A stretch of 64,000 nucleotides of DNA, from positions 248,001 to 312,000 of the forward strand of contig CAUYUJ010000270.1 in the NCBI GenBank assembly GCA_963575745.1, read 5' to 3'. Below are positions 12,390 through 26,500 of the stretch, piece by piece. A model generated the notes under the pieces. It did not search any database. It was not told where the DNA came from and worked only from the letters and a program-made list of their open reading frames with translations. The translations under genes were made by a program, and so were the position numbers. Source of the DNA: Prorocentrum cordatum. Taxonomy: Eukaryota. Positions within the stretch are counted from its first letter, which is position 1; every line of letters begins with the position of its first letter.

Positions 12390-12755
12390 TCGAGGACATT
12401 TCAAGCGAAGCGACAGAATTGCAGAGGATGTCTCAAGCGGAAGAAGCTTTTGTTCGATGATATTTCAAGCGAAACGAGCACGCACGCGAGAATGTTTCAC
12501 ACGATACGAGCAATTGTTCGAGGATGTCCCAAGCGAAACATCAAATTGTTTCAAGGATGTCTCAAGCAAATGCTTCAGTAGCCTGAGGAGTCTCAGGCGA
12601 AACAAACAATTACGTCGAGGACGCCTCAAGCGAAACAAACTATTTGTCGAGGATCTCTCAAGCGAGGTAACGCATAATTTCGAAGATATGTCAATGAAAA
12701 CAAATGTTTTGTCGAGGATGCCTCAAGCGAAGCGAGAGTGCTTTCGAGGATGTCT
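12390..12755 (+). repeat. Tandem array of ~32-33-bp units, core GAGGATGTCTCAAGCGAAAC
   Basis: About 10-11 degenerate units. Confidence 0.85.
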
Positions 12756-12833
12756 CTTCCCGCGGTTCGCGTTGGCTCAAGGATTTCGAGCGCGAGCGAG
12801 GAACGCACCTGGAGCGGGCGCGCTGCAGGCGAC

Positions 12834-13185
12834 ATGGCCAAGCGGGCGACTGTCTCCCAGAAGCCAGCGCAGGCGCCGAGGGGGCCCAAACCTTCTGTCG
12901 TGAAAAAAACCAACGCAGGACTCGAGGAAGTCCAAGCCGACAACCGTGAAGATCGAGACGGAGCTCAAGATCGAGACTGCGGTCAAGACCGACGTCAAGC
13001 AGCAGAGGGCGGAGACCGAGACGGAGGTCGAGACCGAGCTCGACCCCGCCCAAGAGAACAAGTGGAGGGCCTCTCTCGTGCGCGGCAAGACAGCCGAGCA
13101 GCTCCAGCCAGACGAGCCCACGCAGTTCCAGGACGACGAGCTTCAGTCGAGAGAGGCCAGGGTTGAGTCGAGTGAGGCACTCTAG
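12834..13185 (+). pseudogene. Small frameshifted ORF (MAKRATVSQK... / ...KIETELKIET...SSEAL*)
   Basis: Two overlapping frames with coding-like bias; TTGGCTCAAG at 12772-12781 upstream. Confidence 0.4.
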
Positions 13186-13299
13186 ATGGCCGAGGCGCTG
13201 CTCTTGCGAGCTAACCGAGGCTGGACGCGAAGAAAAATGTCGAGTGGCCCAGTATCGAGGCTCCCACTCGATGAATTCAAGAGAACCCAAAGAGAACCC

Positions 13300-13535
13300 T
13301 CGAGGATGTCTCAAGCGAAACAAGCATACACTAGAAGGTGTCTCAAGCAAAGCGAGAGATTTGTCGAAGATGTCTCAAGCGAAACGAGAGATTTCTTCGA
13401 GGATGTGTCAAGCGAAACAAGCAAATGCTCGAGGATGTCTCCAGCGAAATGAAAGATTTGCCAAGGATGTCTCAAGCGAAACGAGAGATTCGTTCGAGGA
13501 TGTCTCAGGCGAAACAAGAAATTGCTCGAGGACGT
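13300..13535 (+). repeat. Tandem array of 32-33-bp GAGGATGTCTCAAGCGAAAC units
   Basis: 7 units; CAAGC-like core at 13312, 13344, 13376, 13409, 13441, 13473, 13506. Confidence 0.9.
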
Positions 13536-13537
13536 AC

Positions 13538-13745
13538 CTAGGCCTAGGCGTGTAGGCCTAGGGATGGCGAGACTAGAAAAGGAATGGGTAGGCCTAGGCG
13601 TGTAGGCCTAAGGATGGGCCTAGGCCTACACGCCTAGGCCCATCCCTAGGCCCACCCTGGGCCTACCCTTAGAGCCTACCCCTAGGCCCACCCCAGGCCT
13701 ACCCCTAGGGCCTACCCTAGGCCTACCCTGGGCCTACCCTAGGCC
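13538..13745. repeat. CCTAGG/GGCCTA palindromic minisatellite
   Basis: Self-complementary units; the second half is the inverse of 11040-11345. Confidence 0.8.
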
Positions 13746-16700
13746 AGCCCTTCCTTTTCTTATTCGAGGGCGTCTCAAGCGAACAACAGCAACAGTTCTC
13801 AAACGATACAGGCACGTATTCGAGGTCTCAAGCAGCAGCAGCTCCGCATGGACAACATCCGTAGCCTTTCTGGCCCCAAGCCTTTCGAGCACGCCACTCG
13901 CGCAGAAGCTTCGCCTCTCGAGCGCGACAGTCAAACGCCAGTCGACATGAGCACGCCGATCAAGCGGCAGTCGAGCCTGTCAAGCTTATGGGGACTAAGC
14001 TCGAGTCCGGTGGAATCCCCGAGCTCCCACAGGAAGCTCAGGAGCTCGCCTTACCTGACTCCCGAGGCAAAGACGATGTTCTTCAAGGAGCTCGAGGCGA
14101 AGAGGCTCGAGGCGGAGAAGTCCGAGCAGGAGCGCCTCGCAACCGCTGCTGAGCGCCGAGCGAAGGCGAGCGCCGAGGGGAAGGTGCTCGACCCCGACGA
14201 CATCGGCCGAGGCGTCGCTCGGGGGCCGAAGAAGGGCGGCAGACCCGAGGGCTCGAGTCGCAACTACCACGGGACGCACAAGCCCCGAGCAGCTCCCACC
14301 CTGCGCCGAGACCCGCCCGCGCAGTGCAAGCTCCAGATCGTACTCGACTGGTGCAAGCAGGCCGACAAGCACGAGCTCGCGGACTTTTCCCAGCTCCCAG
14401 TCGGCGTCAAGGCTCAGCTCACCGAGAAGTGGCGCTGGCCCTACGAGGCAGTCAAGAACTGGCACAAGAAGAGAGCGTCTCTCGAGAAGCTGGTCGCCAC
14501 GGCGAGGCTCGGCAAGAACGGCATCCGAGCCTGCGGCCGACACCGGCCGCGTCAGGCAAGGCCGGACAAGAGCCAGGGCGCGAGGTTGCAGAACTTCGCT
14601 CCTGGCCTGGCGTGCCCCGAGCGCCCCCTCGAGGGAGTCATGGGCCGACTCGAGACCCGGTTCAAGCGGGAACGCATGCGCGGCCACGAGGTTCGCCACA
14701 AGACGGTCTTGACCAGGCTCAAGTACGAGCTCGAGTGGTAGAAGGTCAAGCAGCTCCATCTCAAGAAGACGAGCCACCCCTGGTACAACCCCGAGATTCT
14801 CAAGAGACCCACCCAGCGGCTCGCGACCTTCAAGATCAACAACGTGGCCAGCAAGGACCCGAAGTGGATCGACGAGGTCGTGCCCCCGAGGCTGCGCGCG
14901 TCAGGGCACAAGGGCCAGCGCCTCTCGGAAACCAAGAACAAGACCCTCTCCCAGAGCAAGGCCAAGCTAACCTGGGCCACCGCCGACACGTTCCAGCACC
15001 TCCTGGCGAGGGGCAGCGCCGAGGAGCTCAGCCTCTTCGTCGCAGGCGCCGAGGCCTTCGCCGAGCGCAGGCGAGACGCGAGCGCGGTCGTCGTCGACGC
15101 CGCCGCGCTCTGGCCCAAGCTCCGAGGCGAGGAGAAAGTCTACCTCCGCGAGTCCGAGCTCCAGAGCGCAAGCCACAATGCTCGGATCCAGAAGCTCCGC
15201 CGCAAGTTCCGCGAGACGCAGGCCGAGGCAGACGAGGCAGCTTGGGGGGCCGAGCGAGAGAAGTTCTACGAGGAGCATGGCGACAAGAAGCAGCAAGTAG
15301 ACCAAGCGTACTCGAGCGCGGGCGACAAGTACAGGCTCGCGCTCATCAACGTCTCGGGCGTCGAGGGGTGGTTCGACCCGAGCCGGGGTCCGAGGTCGGC
15401 CAAGAAGCGCAGCGCGCCCCTAGTCCCGTGCGCGAGGCGCTGCAAGATCTCCGGCATGAACCTCGAGAGCGGCACCTGGCTCCGAGACGTCCGCTACGAG
15501 CGGGGCGACGGCGAGGCCGAGGTCTTCCGAGCAGGCGAGAACATCGGCACGACCATGAAGGGTTGGCGCCAAGCCCTCCTCGAGTTCGACCCCGAGGAGC
15601 GCGCCAAGATCTTCGAGCAGATCGACATTTGGGGCCAGCCGAGAGCCTGGACGGACGAGCTCATTGCAAGCTGGACCATTGACTTCATCGAGCAAGAGCA
15701 CGGCCAAGCCCTCGTCTTCGCAGATTGCCTGTCGAGCCAGTAGAACGAGAGCGTGGCGCTCCGAGCTTGGCTCAAGAACATCGTCAACGCGCCGATGGCC
15801 CCAGACGCGACGAGCTTCCCCCAAGAACCCGACGCCCACGAGCGCAGCCAGCTCAAGGCGGCGATCCGCAAGGTCAAGAGCGAGATCCACTGGGCGGTCG
15901 AGCAGGAGTGGCTCCAGAAGGTTAAGGCCGACCCACCAAGGACTACAAGTACACGATCAACTGGGGGCCCGACGAGTGCATCTACTGCATCCCCGAGGCC
16001 TACAAGCGCTTCCGCGAGGAGAACAAGGAGGCCGTGCCGCCCCATGGCATGCAATCGAACCAGATGCTCGCAGCGAGGCGGCGGGAGGGAGGAGGAGGAG
16101 GAGGAGGAGGAGGGGGAGGAGGAGGAGGAGGAGGAGGAGGGGGGGGGGGGGAGGAGGAGGGGGGGGGGGGGAGGAGGGAGGAGGAGGAGGAGGAGAGGGA
16201 GGAGGAGGGGGGAGGGAGGGGTGAGGAGGAGGGAAGGAGGAGGAGGAGGAGGTCGAGGAGGAGGGGGAGGAGGATCTCGAGCCTGGAGCTTGGATCTTCA
16301 AAGATTTCAAAAGAATCCCAAGAGGATCTCCGAGAAAGCTTCCAAGATGACTCCAAGTATTCGCTCGGGGATGTCTCGAGCGAAACAGGCGTTTTTTCAA
16401 GGATGCCTCAAGCGAACCAGATGCTCGCAGCGAGGCGGCGGGCGGGAGGAGGGGGGGGAGGAAGGGAGAGGGGGGCGGGGGGGAGGAGGGAGGAAGGAGG
16501 AGGGAACAGGGGGGAGGGGGGAGGGAAGAGGGGGGGGGGGAGGAGGGGGATGAGGAAAAAGAGGGAGGATGAGGAGGTCGAGGAGGAGGAGGAGGAAGAG
16601 GATCTCGAGCCTGGAGCTTGGATCTTCAAAGATTTCAAACGAATCCCAAGAGGATCTCCGAGAAAGCTTCCAAGACGACCTCAAGCATTCGTTCGAGGAT

Positions 16701-16967
16701 GTCCCAAGCGAATCAGGCGATTGTTCAAGGATGTCCCAAGCGAAACAAGCAGTGCTTGAGGAATCCTGTTCTGCTCCACCTCCTCCTGCTATTCATTTCT
16801 CCTCCCCCTCCTCCTCCTTCTCCTCCTCCCCCCCCCTCCTCTGCCTCCTGCTCCTCTACTTTCTCTCCTCTTCCTGAGTTTCCTCCTCCTCCTCCTCCTT
16901 CTCTCTTCCTCCCCTTTCTTATATCTCTCTTTCTCCCTCTCGCTTTCCTTTTTTTTTATATGGTTGT

Positions 16968-17550
<583 letters not shown>

Positions 17551-17564
17551 CCCCCCCCCCCCCC

Positions 17565-19990
17565 CCCCTGGCGCCCTGAACTTGTTTATCGCGGGGGTTG
17601 ATGATCCTCGGAAAACTGAGCACATGGGCTACCCTACACGAGCAGATGGAAAGTTTAATTCTCTTTAAGCGTTTACAAATCAAATCTAGTAAATTTTGAA
17701 CTTTGGATTTTTGCTTCGCCCTCTTCCCCTGCATCTCCTGCTCTTCCTCCTTCTCATCCTGCTGCTCTTTCTTCTCTTCTCTCTTTATATCTCTCTTTCT
17801 ACTTATGTGTCTTATTGTCTCCCCGCCCCCCTGAACGCGCTCATCGCGGGGGGTGGTTACCATGGGAAAACTAAGCGCATGAGCTACCTACCCTACACGA
17901 GCAGGTGAACATTTTAATTTTCATTATGCGTTTACAACTTAAATTTAATAAGTTTTGAACATTGGATGTTTGCTATCTCCTTCTCCTCTCCTCCTCTTGC
18001 TGTTTCTCCTGCTCCTCCTCCTCCTCCCCTTCCTCCTCTGCCTCCTCCTCTTTCTATATTTCCAATTATCTTTATCTATTTATTATCCCCCCCTGCCCCC
18101 CTCGACTTGTTTATCGCTGTGGTTGAATTTCCGGGGGAAGCGAGGAACATAAGGAATCTCTGAAGAAACCAATAAGAATCTCTATAGGAACCAATAGGAA
18201 TCTGAGGGGGGGTCTATAAGAATTACAGTAATGTGCACAAAAAACTTGTAGGAACCCATGCGAATCTTTCTATTTTTCAAATGTAGAAGCGAAGCTCGGA
18301 GGCGCGCCGCCGCGCGCGCGGCGGCGCCCCGCTAAGCTTCACTTCTATATTATTCACCATTAACAAATCTACATTTAATTCCAAAAACGAAATCGAAAAT
18401 TTCTGTGGCCCTTTAAGGGGGCTGAAGGAACGCGTCGGCTTTTTATTGTATAATACGGAACTGAAGCTAGGAAGCGCGCGCGCGGCGACCGGGCCACCGC
18501 GCGCGCGCGCGGGTGGCCCGGTCACCGCGCGCGCGCTTTCTAGCTTCAGTTCTGCATTATAGTAAAATAAAAAGCCGACGCGTTGCTTCAACCTCCTTAA
18601 AGAGCCCCAGAATTGTTCGATTTCGTTTCTCGAGTTAAATGTAGATTTATTAATGGTGAATAGTATAGGAAGCTCAGAGGCGCACGCGCGCGCGCGCACC
18701 TCCGAGCTTCAGCTCTGCGTGATAAAAATATTAGAAGCAGTCGCGTTCCTGGGGAAACTAAGCACATGAGCTACTACACGAGCAGATGAAAATCTCAATT
18801 CTCTTTAAGCGCTTACAAATTAAATCTAGTAAATTTTGAACTTTGGATTTTTGTTTCGTCCTCTTCCCCTGCATCTCCTGCTCTTCCTCCTTCTCATCCT
18901 GCTGCTCTTTCTTCTCTTCTCTCTTTATATCTCTCTTTCTGCTCATGTTTCTTATTGTCTCCCCGCCCCCCTGAACGTGCTTATCGCGGGGTATGATAAT
19001 GATGGGAAAACTAAGCACATGAGCAACCCTGCGCGAGCAGGTGAAACTTGCAATTTCCACCATGCGCTTGCAAATTAAATTCAATAGCTTTTGAACATCT
19101 GATTTTTGCTATCTCCTTCTCCTCTCCTCCCCTTGCTGTTTCTCCTGCTCCTCCTCCTCCTCCCCTTCCTCCTCTCCCTCCTCCTCTTTCTATAGTTCCA
19201 TGTATCTTTATCTATTTATTATGCCCCCCCTGCCCCCCCCCCCCCTCCCCCCTCAACTTGTTTATCGTTGTGGTTGAATATCCGGGGGGAACGAGGAACA
19301 TGAGGAATCTCTGAAGAAAACAATAAGAATCTCCATAGAAACCAATAAGAATCGTAGGGGACCTATAAAAATTACAGGAATGTGCACAAACAACTTGTAG
19401 GAACCCATGCGAATCTTTCTATTTTTCAAATGTAGAAGCGAAGCTCGGAGGCGCGCCGCCGCGCGCGCGGCGGCGCCCCGCTAAGCTTCACTTTTATATT
19501 ATTCACCATTAATAAATCTACATTTAATTCCAAAAACGAAATCGAAAATTTCTGCGGCCCTTTAAGGGGGCTGAACGAACGCGTCGGCTTTTTATTTTTT
19601 TATAATACGGAACTGAAGCTAAGGAGCGCGCGCGCGGCGACCGGGCCACCGCGCGCGCGCGCGGGTGGCCCGGTCACCGCGCGCGCGCTTTCTAGCCTCA
19701 GTTCTGCATTATAGTAAAATAAAAAGCCGACGCGTTGCTTCAACCCCCTTAAAGAGCACCAGAATTTTTCGATTTCGTTTTAGGGAATTAAATGTAGATT
19801 TATTAATGGTGAATAGTATAGAAGTGAAGCTCAGAGGCGCACGCGCGCGCGCACCTCCGAGCTTCAGTTCTGCATGGTAAAAATATTAGAAGCAGACGCG
19901 TTCCTGGGGGAACTAAGCACATGAGCTACTACACGAGCAGATGAAAATCTCAATTTCCATTAAGCGCTTACAAATTAAATCTAATAAGTT
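17565..19990. repeat. Two tandem ~1149-bp units, each with ~250-bp subrepeats and a ~430-bp palindrome
   Basis: GAAGCTCGGAGG at 18291 and 19440 pairs with CCTCCGAGCTTC at 18699 and 19854. The centres are GGGCCACC(GC)nGGTGGCCC. Confidence 0.9.
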
Positions 19991-20136
19991 TTGAAATTTG
20001 GATTGTCGCTGCTTCCTTCCCCGCTCCTCTCTCCTCCTCCTGATCCCCCTGCTCTTCTTCCTTTCCTATATTCATATGCATGTTATCTGGGTGTTGTTTG
20101 ATCATATATATATATACTCTCTCTCTTTTTTGTGTG

Positions 20137-20195
<59 letters not shown>

Positions 20196-22309
20196 TTAAC
20201 CTTATATCTCCCCCCCCCCCGTGGCCCGCTGAAGAGGAGAGGGGGGGCGGGGTGGGGGGGGGGAAGGAGGGGGGGGGAGAGGGCAAGAAGGAGGAGGCTA
20301 AGGATGAGGAGGGGGATGAGTCGCGGCGAGGCCGACCGGGCAGAACGAGCTGAAGATCGCGACGGGCGAGGAACCCTGGAGCTACCCCATCGAGGCTGGC
20401 AGAGGCATCGAGCCGAGACTGGCCAGGGAGAGGCTCGAGGCCGTTGCGAGCTGGCCCGAGAACGCGCCCCCAGTGCCCGACTGGAGCTCGCTAGACGGCG
20501 AGTGCTTCGCAGTCGAGGACTTGCCGAGGGACTACGCGGACGACGAGAACCCCTGCCCCCTCGAGCTTGCAGAGCTAGACCTCGGGCTCACAGACGAGCA
20601 GCAACAGATGCTCAAGCCGCCAGAGGAGCGCATCAAGAACGCCCAGTTCCCGCGCGCCCTGGAAGGCCGAGTCAGGCTTCGCAAGGGAAACGAGCGCAAG
20701 AACAAGTGGGCGAGCAAGTTCCGAGGCCAGTGCGCGGGCAAGCTGGCGGCCAAGTGGAACAAGGCGAATCGCGAGCAGAAGGGCCGAGACGCACTCGAGA
20801 GCAAGAGCCGAGGCATCGCCGAAGCGAAGCTGACAGGGCGAGCCCCCAAGCCGAAGACCTCCTTCTCAGAAGGGCCCAAGCAGAAACCGAGAACGAAGCA
20901 AAACAAGACGGCAACAGACAAGAAGAAGCAGAACGGGGGCCTCGAGCCTTGCAAGGACTCGCCCTGGCACGGCAAGATCGCGCGGGTCGACGAGGAGCGC
21001 TTGCGCGAGGGCAGGCATGGCAGAGTTCAAGACGTCTGGCGCGTCAAGGACTGCGAGGGCGAGTACCAGCTCCGGCTGCTCGAAGTCGAGACGGCGGCGA
21101 TCTTCCAGATCCGTTCCAGCCAGGCTCGAGGGGCCATGGGGCAGGGCCGGAAGCCGAGCAGAAGGGCCAGCGGAAACAGAGCGGAAGTTGACGCGGAAGC
21201 CGAGCGGGAGCTCGCGGGGAAGCCGAGCGGAAGGGCAGCGGAAGCCGAGCGGGAGGTCGCCCCTAGTGACCCACCGGCCCTCGAGCCTGAGAGGTCGTGG
21301 TCGAGCAGGAGTGGGCGCCCGCCAAGCCCCTCAAGATAGATTGGCGAGTGTGCAGGATGTTCAAGCGCACCGAGCTCGCCAAGCATCTGGCGATCACGAA
21401 TTGCGAATTCGTCGAGAAGATCCGCACCCTCGAGCTCGGCACAATGCGAGCCCTGATAGGCGAGTTCGGGGAGCGAGTGGGCGTTCCCGAGGATGTCCTG
21501 CTGATCGAGCCGACAATCGCTGTCACCTGGGCCCGAGGAGACCAAGGCGACGACGAGCCCGCGACCGAGGCCCAGAGCGAGCAGAAAGCCTGGCTCGAGA
21601 AAGTCGAGAACGCCAAGCACATCCTCATTTGCGTCCACAGCGAGAACCCAGCGCACTACACCTACCTCAAGGTGACCAAGGAGCACGCCAACAGGGCCAT
21701 CGAGTACCGAGACGCCCTCAGGGTACCGTCCGAGTCCGCCAAGCAGGCGGCCGCGAGGATCCTCCACAAGCTCCTGGGCCCTGAGGTCGAGTGCCCCGCT
21801 CCGAGCAACACGAGGTTCCAACTTGACGAGTGGTCCTGCGGCCTGTGGGTGACGAGGTGGTTCGAGCGCGCCCTGCGCGAGATCCGCGGCGAGGGCCGCC
21901 TGCCTCCGAGCACCATCCAGGACATCTACTCGCGAGGCAACGAGTGGATCCAGAAGCTGCTAGATGCGAGCGGCAACGCTGCCGCCCAGGCCAAGGCAGA
22001 GGGCAAGGCCACGCCCAAGGGCAAGGCCAAGAGCAAGGCCAAGGATCCGCTGGAGGCCGAGCCCAAGCACGCCGCCCTCGAGGCAGCCCTGCAAGCGGCC
22101 AAGGATTGCAAGAAATGCGAGATGCTCAAGGACGGGTCCAAAGGATGCAGGGCGTGCATGGGCGAGCAGTTCGAGGCGGTGCGCAAGAAGGGTTTCCTTG
22201 CGAGGGTAGCCAAGGAGTTCGAGAGCAAGGTTATGAACATTTGACTGCGAGCAGTCTCAGCTGTTCCGAGCTTCTGCGCGAGACCCTGGCAACCAAAAAG
22301 AATACGATT

Positions 22310-22630
22310 CCGAGGTTGTCTCAAGCGAAATAAACAATCATTCGAGGATACCTCAAGCGAGACAACACTTATTTGCAGGATGTCTCAAGCGAAATAAGCA
22401 ATTAGTTGACGATGTCTCAGGCGAAACCAACAATTATTTCGAGGAGGTCTCAAGCGAAACAGACAATCATTTCGAGGATGTCTCAAGCGAAACCAGCAAT
22501 TCGTCGAGGATGTCGCAGGCGAAACAAACATTTATTTCGAGGGTGTCCCAAGCGAAACGAGAGATTTGCCGGGGATGCCTCAAGCGAGACAAGGAATGAT
22601 TTCTTTGAGACGTCTCAAGCGAAACAAGCA
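22310..22630 (+). repeat. Tandem array of 32-33-bp GAGGATGTCTCAAGCGAAAC units
   Basis: 10 units (core at 22322, 22354, 22386, 22418, 22451, 22484, 22516, 22549, 22581, 22616). Confidence 0.9.
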
Positions 22631-22639
22631 AGACTGATC

Positions 22640-22663
22640 TCCGTAGTCATTTGGTGGCTCAAG
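22640..22663 (+). other. Spliced-leader relic (same GG-insertion variant)
   Basis: TCCGTAGTCATTTGGTGGCTCAAG. Confidence 0.75.
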
Positions 22664-22740
22664 ATTCCGAACTTCCCAAGAGTTTCACAAACCAAGACCC
22701 AAGCCGACGCGAGAGAGCGCCAGGGCTCCGAATATCGAGG

Positions 22741-23190
22741 ATGTCTTTGCCGAGTTTCTTCGACATGGATGAGATGCCCGAGATGAGCACGCAGCTACCG
22801 CTCGAGGCGCCCGAGGAGCGCGAGGAGCGCGAGGACCCCAAAAAGATGGAGAAACCGCTCCAGGACTCCAAGGGGAGCGGGGACGAGACGCCGCTCGAGG
22901 ACGTCAAGAGCCAGAAGCGCACAAGAGAGCAGGAGGAGACCCCGAGCAGCAGCGACAACGAGGGGGAGCGAGCCTACCAGAAAGCCAAGCGCCGCCAGCC
23001 CGCACTGCAGCCAGAGGACGAGAGCCCGAGGACGACAGCGGCAAGCGCCCGAAGCTTGAGCCCGAGCCTGTTGCAAAGGCGCTCTCCGAGCGGCCCCAGC
23101 GCAAGTGGGCGCTCGAGGGCGCGCCCTAGCCTTAGTTTATGTTTCGAGCGTGTCCTGGCGGATGTTTCCAGCGAGATCAGCAAAGGTTGA
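22741..23190 (+). CDS. Small charged hypothetical protein
   Basis: ORF directly after an SL relic and between two arrays; start codon uncertain. Confidence 0.45.
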   Translation: MSLPSFFDMDEMPEMSTQLPLEAPEEREEREDPKKMEKPLQDSKGSGDETPLEDVKSQKRTREQEETPSSSDNEGERAYQKAKRRQPALQPEDESPRTTAASARSLSPSLLQRRSPSGPSASGRSRARPSLSLCFERVLADVSSEISKG

Positions 23191-23440
23191 AACGAGAGAT
23201 TTGTCGAGGATGCCCCAAGCGAAACAAGCAATGATTTCAAGGATGTCTCAAGCGAAACGAGAGATTTGTCGAGGATGCCTCAGGCGAAACAAGCAGTGAT
23301 TTCAAAGATGTCTCAAGCGAAATAAGCAATACTTTGAAGATGTCTCAAGCGAAACGGACAAATAGTTCGAGGATGTCTCAAGCGGAACAAGCAATTCGTT
23401 GAGGATGTCTCAACCGAGACAACTCATTGTTGAGGATGTA
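23155..23440 (+). repeat. Tandem array of 32-33-bp GAGGATGTCTCAAGCGAAAC units
   Basis: About 9 units; last array of the module. Confidence 0.9.
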
Positions 23441-23572
23441 TCATACAGGGCCAAAGACCAAGGACCCTCAATATATCTTTGGCTTTTTCCTCTTGATATC
23501 TCTTTATGCTGGCTCTGGCGGGCAATTTTTACTATCTCCCCGAAAACCCAGAACTTTACCATCCCTGGGGGG

Positions 23573-26500
23573 TTATTCTCGCGGGTTCAGGGTTAACCTG
23601 GACAGTGAGGGGAGAGTCCTGGCTCTCTTGCGCGCGCGGTCGTCGCCCACTCTGCGCTTGTACTCCTGTAATAGCCACTGCATGGACTTCTTGGCACTGC
23701 GCTCCGTTGAGTTGGGTTCGGGGACGTGCGCCCCCTTGCTTTCCAGGGAGCTGGCCCAGCATTGCTCGCAGAGCCATCTGCAATTCTTGCCCTTCGTGTA
23801 CGCCTGAGCTCGGTTCTGGGCTAGTAGTTCCCGGGTGTCGTCATCCTCCCAAGTGCCTGCTGCCCCCTGCAGTCCTGCGCTGGTGCATCCGTCGCAATTG
23901 CAGGTGGCGTCCTTCTGCGGCCTGCGGAAGCGGTCGCCTCGAACGATCGGGGGGGGCAGCGTTGTTCCTGGGGCCGGGGGGGGGGCCGGGATGTCTTCGT
24001 CGAGACGGTGGTTGGACATTGCAACCCCGCCCCCTATGTGCTGCAGGTCCTCCATGGTGTGTGGGCTGCCAAGCCCCACGTCTGGTCCCGTCAAGGCCTT
24101 GTGCAACTGGCAGATGGAGCAGTCTCCACTGCTTAGCTGCTTGACGTTCGCGGGCTGGACTATTGCCTCCAGCGCGCGTAAGGGGGCCTCGAGGGTGAAG
24201 TCATTCCTGCCCATGTCCTGCGGCAATTGCGCTCAGCTGCAATCTCGCGGTGATGGGCGCATGTGGCCAACGTGCTAATGTGGTGAATGACCTGCTCTAA
24301 CTTGGCGTGGAGGGAGGCAAAGTCCGTGAGCTGGAATCCCCGCGTCTCAGCGAACTGGGCGCGGAACTCTTTGCGGCCTCTATGACGTCGCCCGTGGCCT
24401 CTGGGAATGGGAAGGGCCAGAGTGTGGCGCGAGGCTCACGCAGCTGCAGCATCATCACCGCCAGTAGGACTCTGAGTGTGGGGGGGCTGAGGGGCCGCCC
24501 ATCGCCTCCTAGTAGGGCATGCGTGAGATCTGCATCGATGTTATCGGGGCTGAGGAGGGAGTGCAGATGCTCCGTTCCCGGGTGCATCCTGCGGCGTTTG
24601 CACCAGCAGGTGGTGCTGCTCCAGGCCGCGGGGAACTGGGAGAGCGCGTCCCGGGGGGTGCAACGGGTCGAGGGCTCGGGGCGGCGATTGCACCCAACCA
24701 TGTGGGGCAGTGTGGGGGGGGGGGGGGGGGGGGCGAGTCATATGCGACGCCTAGCTGCTTGTCGTGCCACGGCGTGCCCAGTCCGAGGAACCAGACCAGG
24801 GCCGCCCACGCGAGGTTGTACACAAAGTTACTGGCATCGATTCCGACTTCCACGTCCAAGCAGTACCCTAGGTGACTCCAGGCCTTCCATGTCTAGGCTG
24901 CCCGGCTGCCTGGGGGCGGCCCCCATGCGCCACTGATGGGGATGTAGTCCGGACACTGTGTAGAGAAGGATGCCCATTGTAGGATCGTCAACCAGCTTCC
25001 GCATGCTGTCTGCGAGGGCAGCACTCAGCTTGTCCCAAGAGAACCGGGGGTCGAGTGGTGCAGCGATACGGTCTGCGAAACTGCTCTCCATTCTGGCTTT
25101 GGACTTCTTGATGGCGTCGTCTAGTCCTTTTACGCTGTCGCCCCCATGCGTGGGTGGGGGCGGGGGGGGGTCCACGTCGTAAGGTCACCAGTGGGGTCGA
25201 ATGCCTTGTCGATTTGAAGCAGCGCCCTCTTGCCCAAGTTGGTTCCTTGGAAGCGGGCCCATAGTCCCATAGTTTGGCGAGCCTCCCGTACTCCGAGAGC
25301 TCCCTCAGGTGAGCTCCTGCGGCGGCGCCAAACATCCTTCCATCCCCGATTATGACCACATTGGAGGTGGCACGTGCGATTGCGACGTTCACTCTGTTGG
25401 GATTGTCCATGAAGCCCCAGTCATGCCAGCTGTTGGATCGCGTGGTCAGGTATATAACTAGGTCAGCCCCCCCCCCCCCCCCCCTCCCTGGCTTGAGTCT
25501 ACTGTGGAGATGGTGAGTCTGCCGTTGGCAAGGTGTTCTTCCGCAACTTGACGCAGCCGCAGGAAGCGTAGGCCGATTCCAGTGAGGGGGGCACTCCATT
25601 GTTCGAACACGCGCGCGTGCCCCTTGAAGTCGTCGTCGCGTTCGGGGGGGAGTGTGGTGTAGTCACTTGCTTTGGCTGTTCCACCATTGCCGCTTCCTTT
25701 CTCCTTGGTCTTGGTCTGCCCCAGGGCGCCGCTGATGATGCGCCCTGTCTGGGGCCAGCCGTTCTCAAGGACGGCGCATTGCCGCTGGTAGCCAACCACG
25801 ACGCGCACTGTAGTACCCTTTCCCATGGCGGGCAGGAGCGCACGCACGATGTCCACTGTCTGCGCAGCCTCTGGGAGGTTCGCGTACCCTGAGTGGAGGT
25901 TGGACGAGACCTCGAGGGAGGGGTTGTCAACCAGGAGAAACCGATGCCTCTCTTCTGGACGCTGGGGAGTGGACTGGAGGTCCCTCAGTGACTTTTCCAA
26001 GTCCTCCGAGGTGGTGGCAGTGGCTTTGGCCAGGTCTTCGAGTCTCGCACTGTCCCAGGGCAGTATCTCCCGCCACGGTAGTCTTTCAACCAGCGGTCTT
26101 TGCCTGAAGGGGTCGGTGAGACCTGACCGTATCGACTTGCTGTAGAAGACCACGCTGGGCCAGGACAGGAGACGGGGGTGCTTTCGGTAGCAGAGGCTCA
26201 ATTGCACCACTGCTGAGGTGTCCTCGTCCAACGCGTTGTGCAACCGGTCGAATATCGAGAGGCACAGCCCACGGTCGGCCGCCTTTCTGGAGACGACGGT
26301 GGGGGGGAGTTGTTTGGGGTCGCCGACCAGCACCAGGTGCCCGCCTGAGCGTGTGACGCTGTCGAGAGACATTGCGGCCATCAGTTCGTGGGCTGCCTCA
26401 TCGATAATGAGCAGGGCTACTGGTGCAGCGAATTTGAGGGACGCTGCCGCCTCACGCGTGGCGGTGATCGTCTTTGCGTCCCTCAGCAGCTGCGCGCGGA

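Noticed and set aside
23440..23600. TIR/TA end for the pogo-like element
   Set aside because: I could not find a matching inverted copy near 9.3-11.4 kb, so the boundaries are left undefined.
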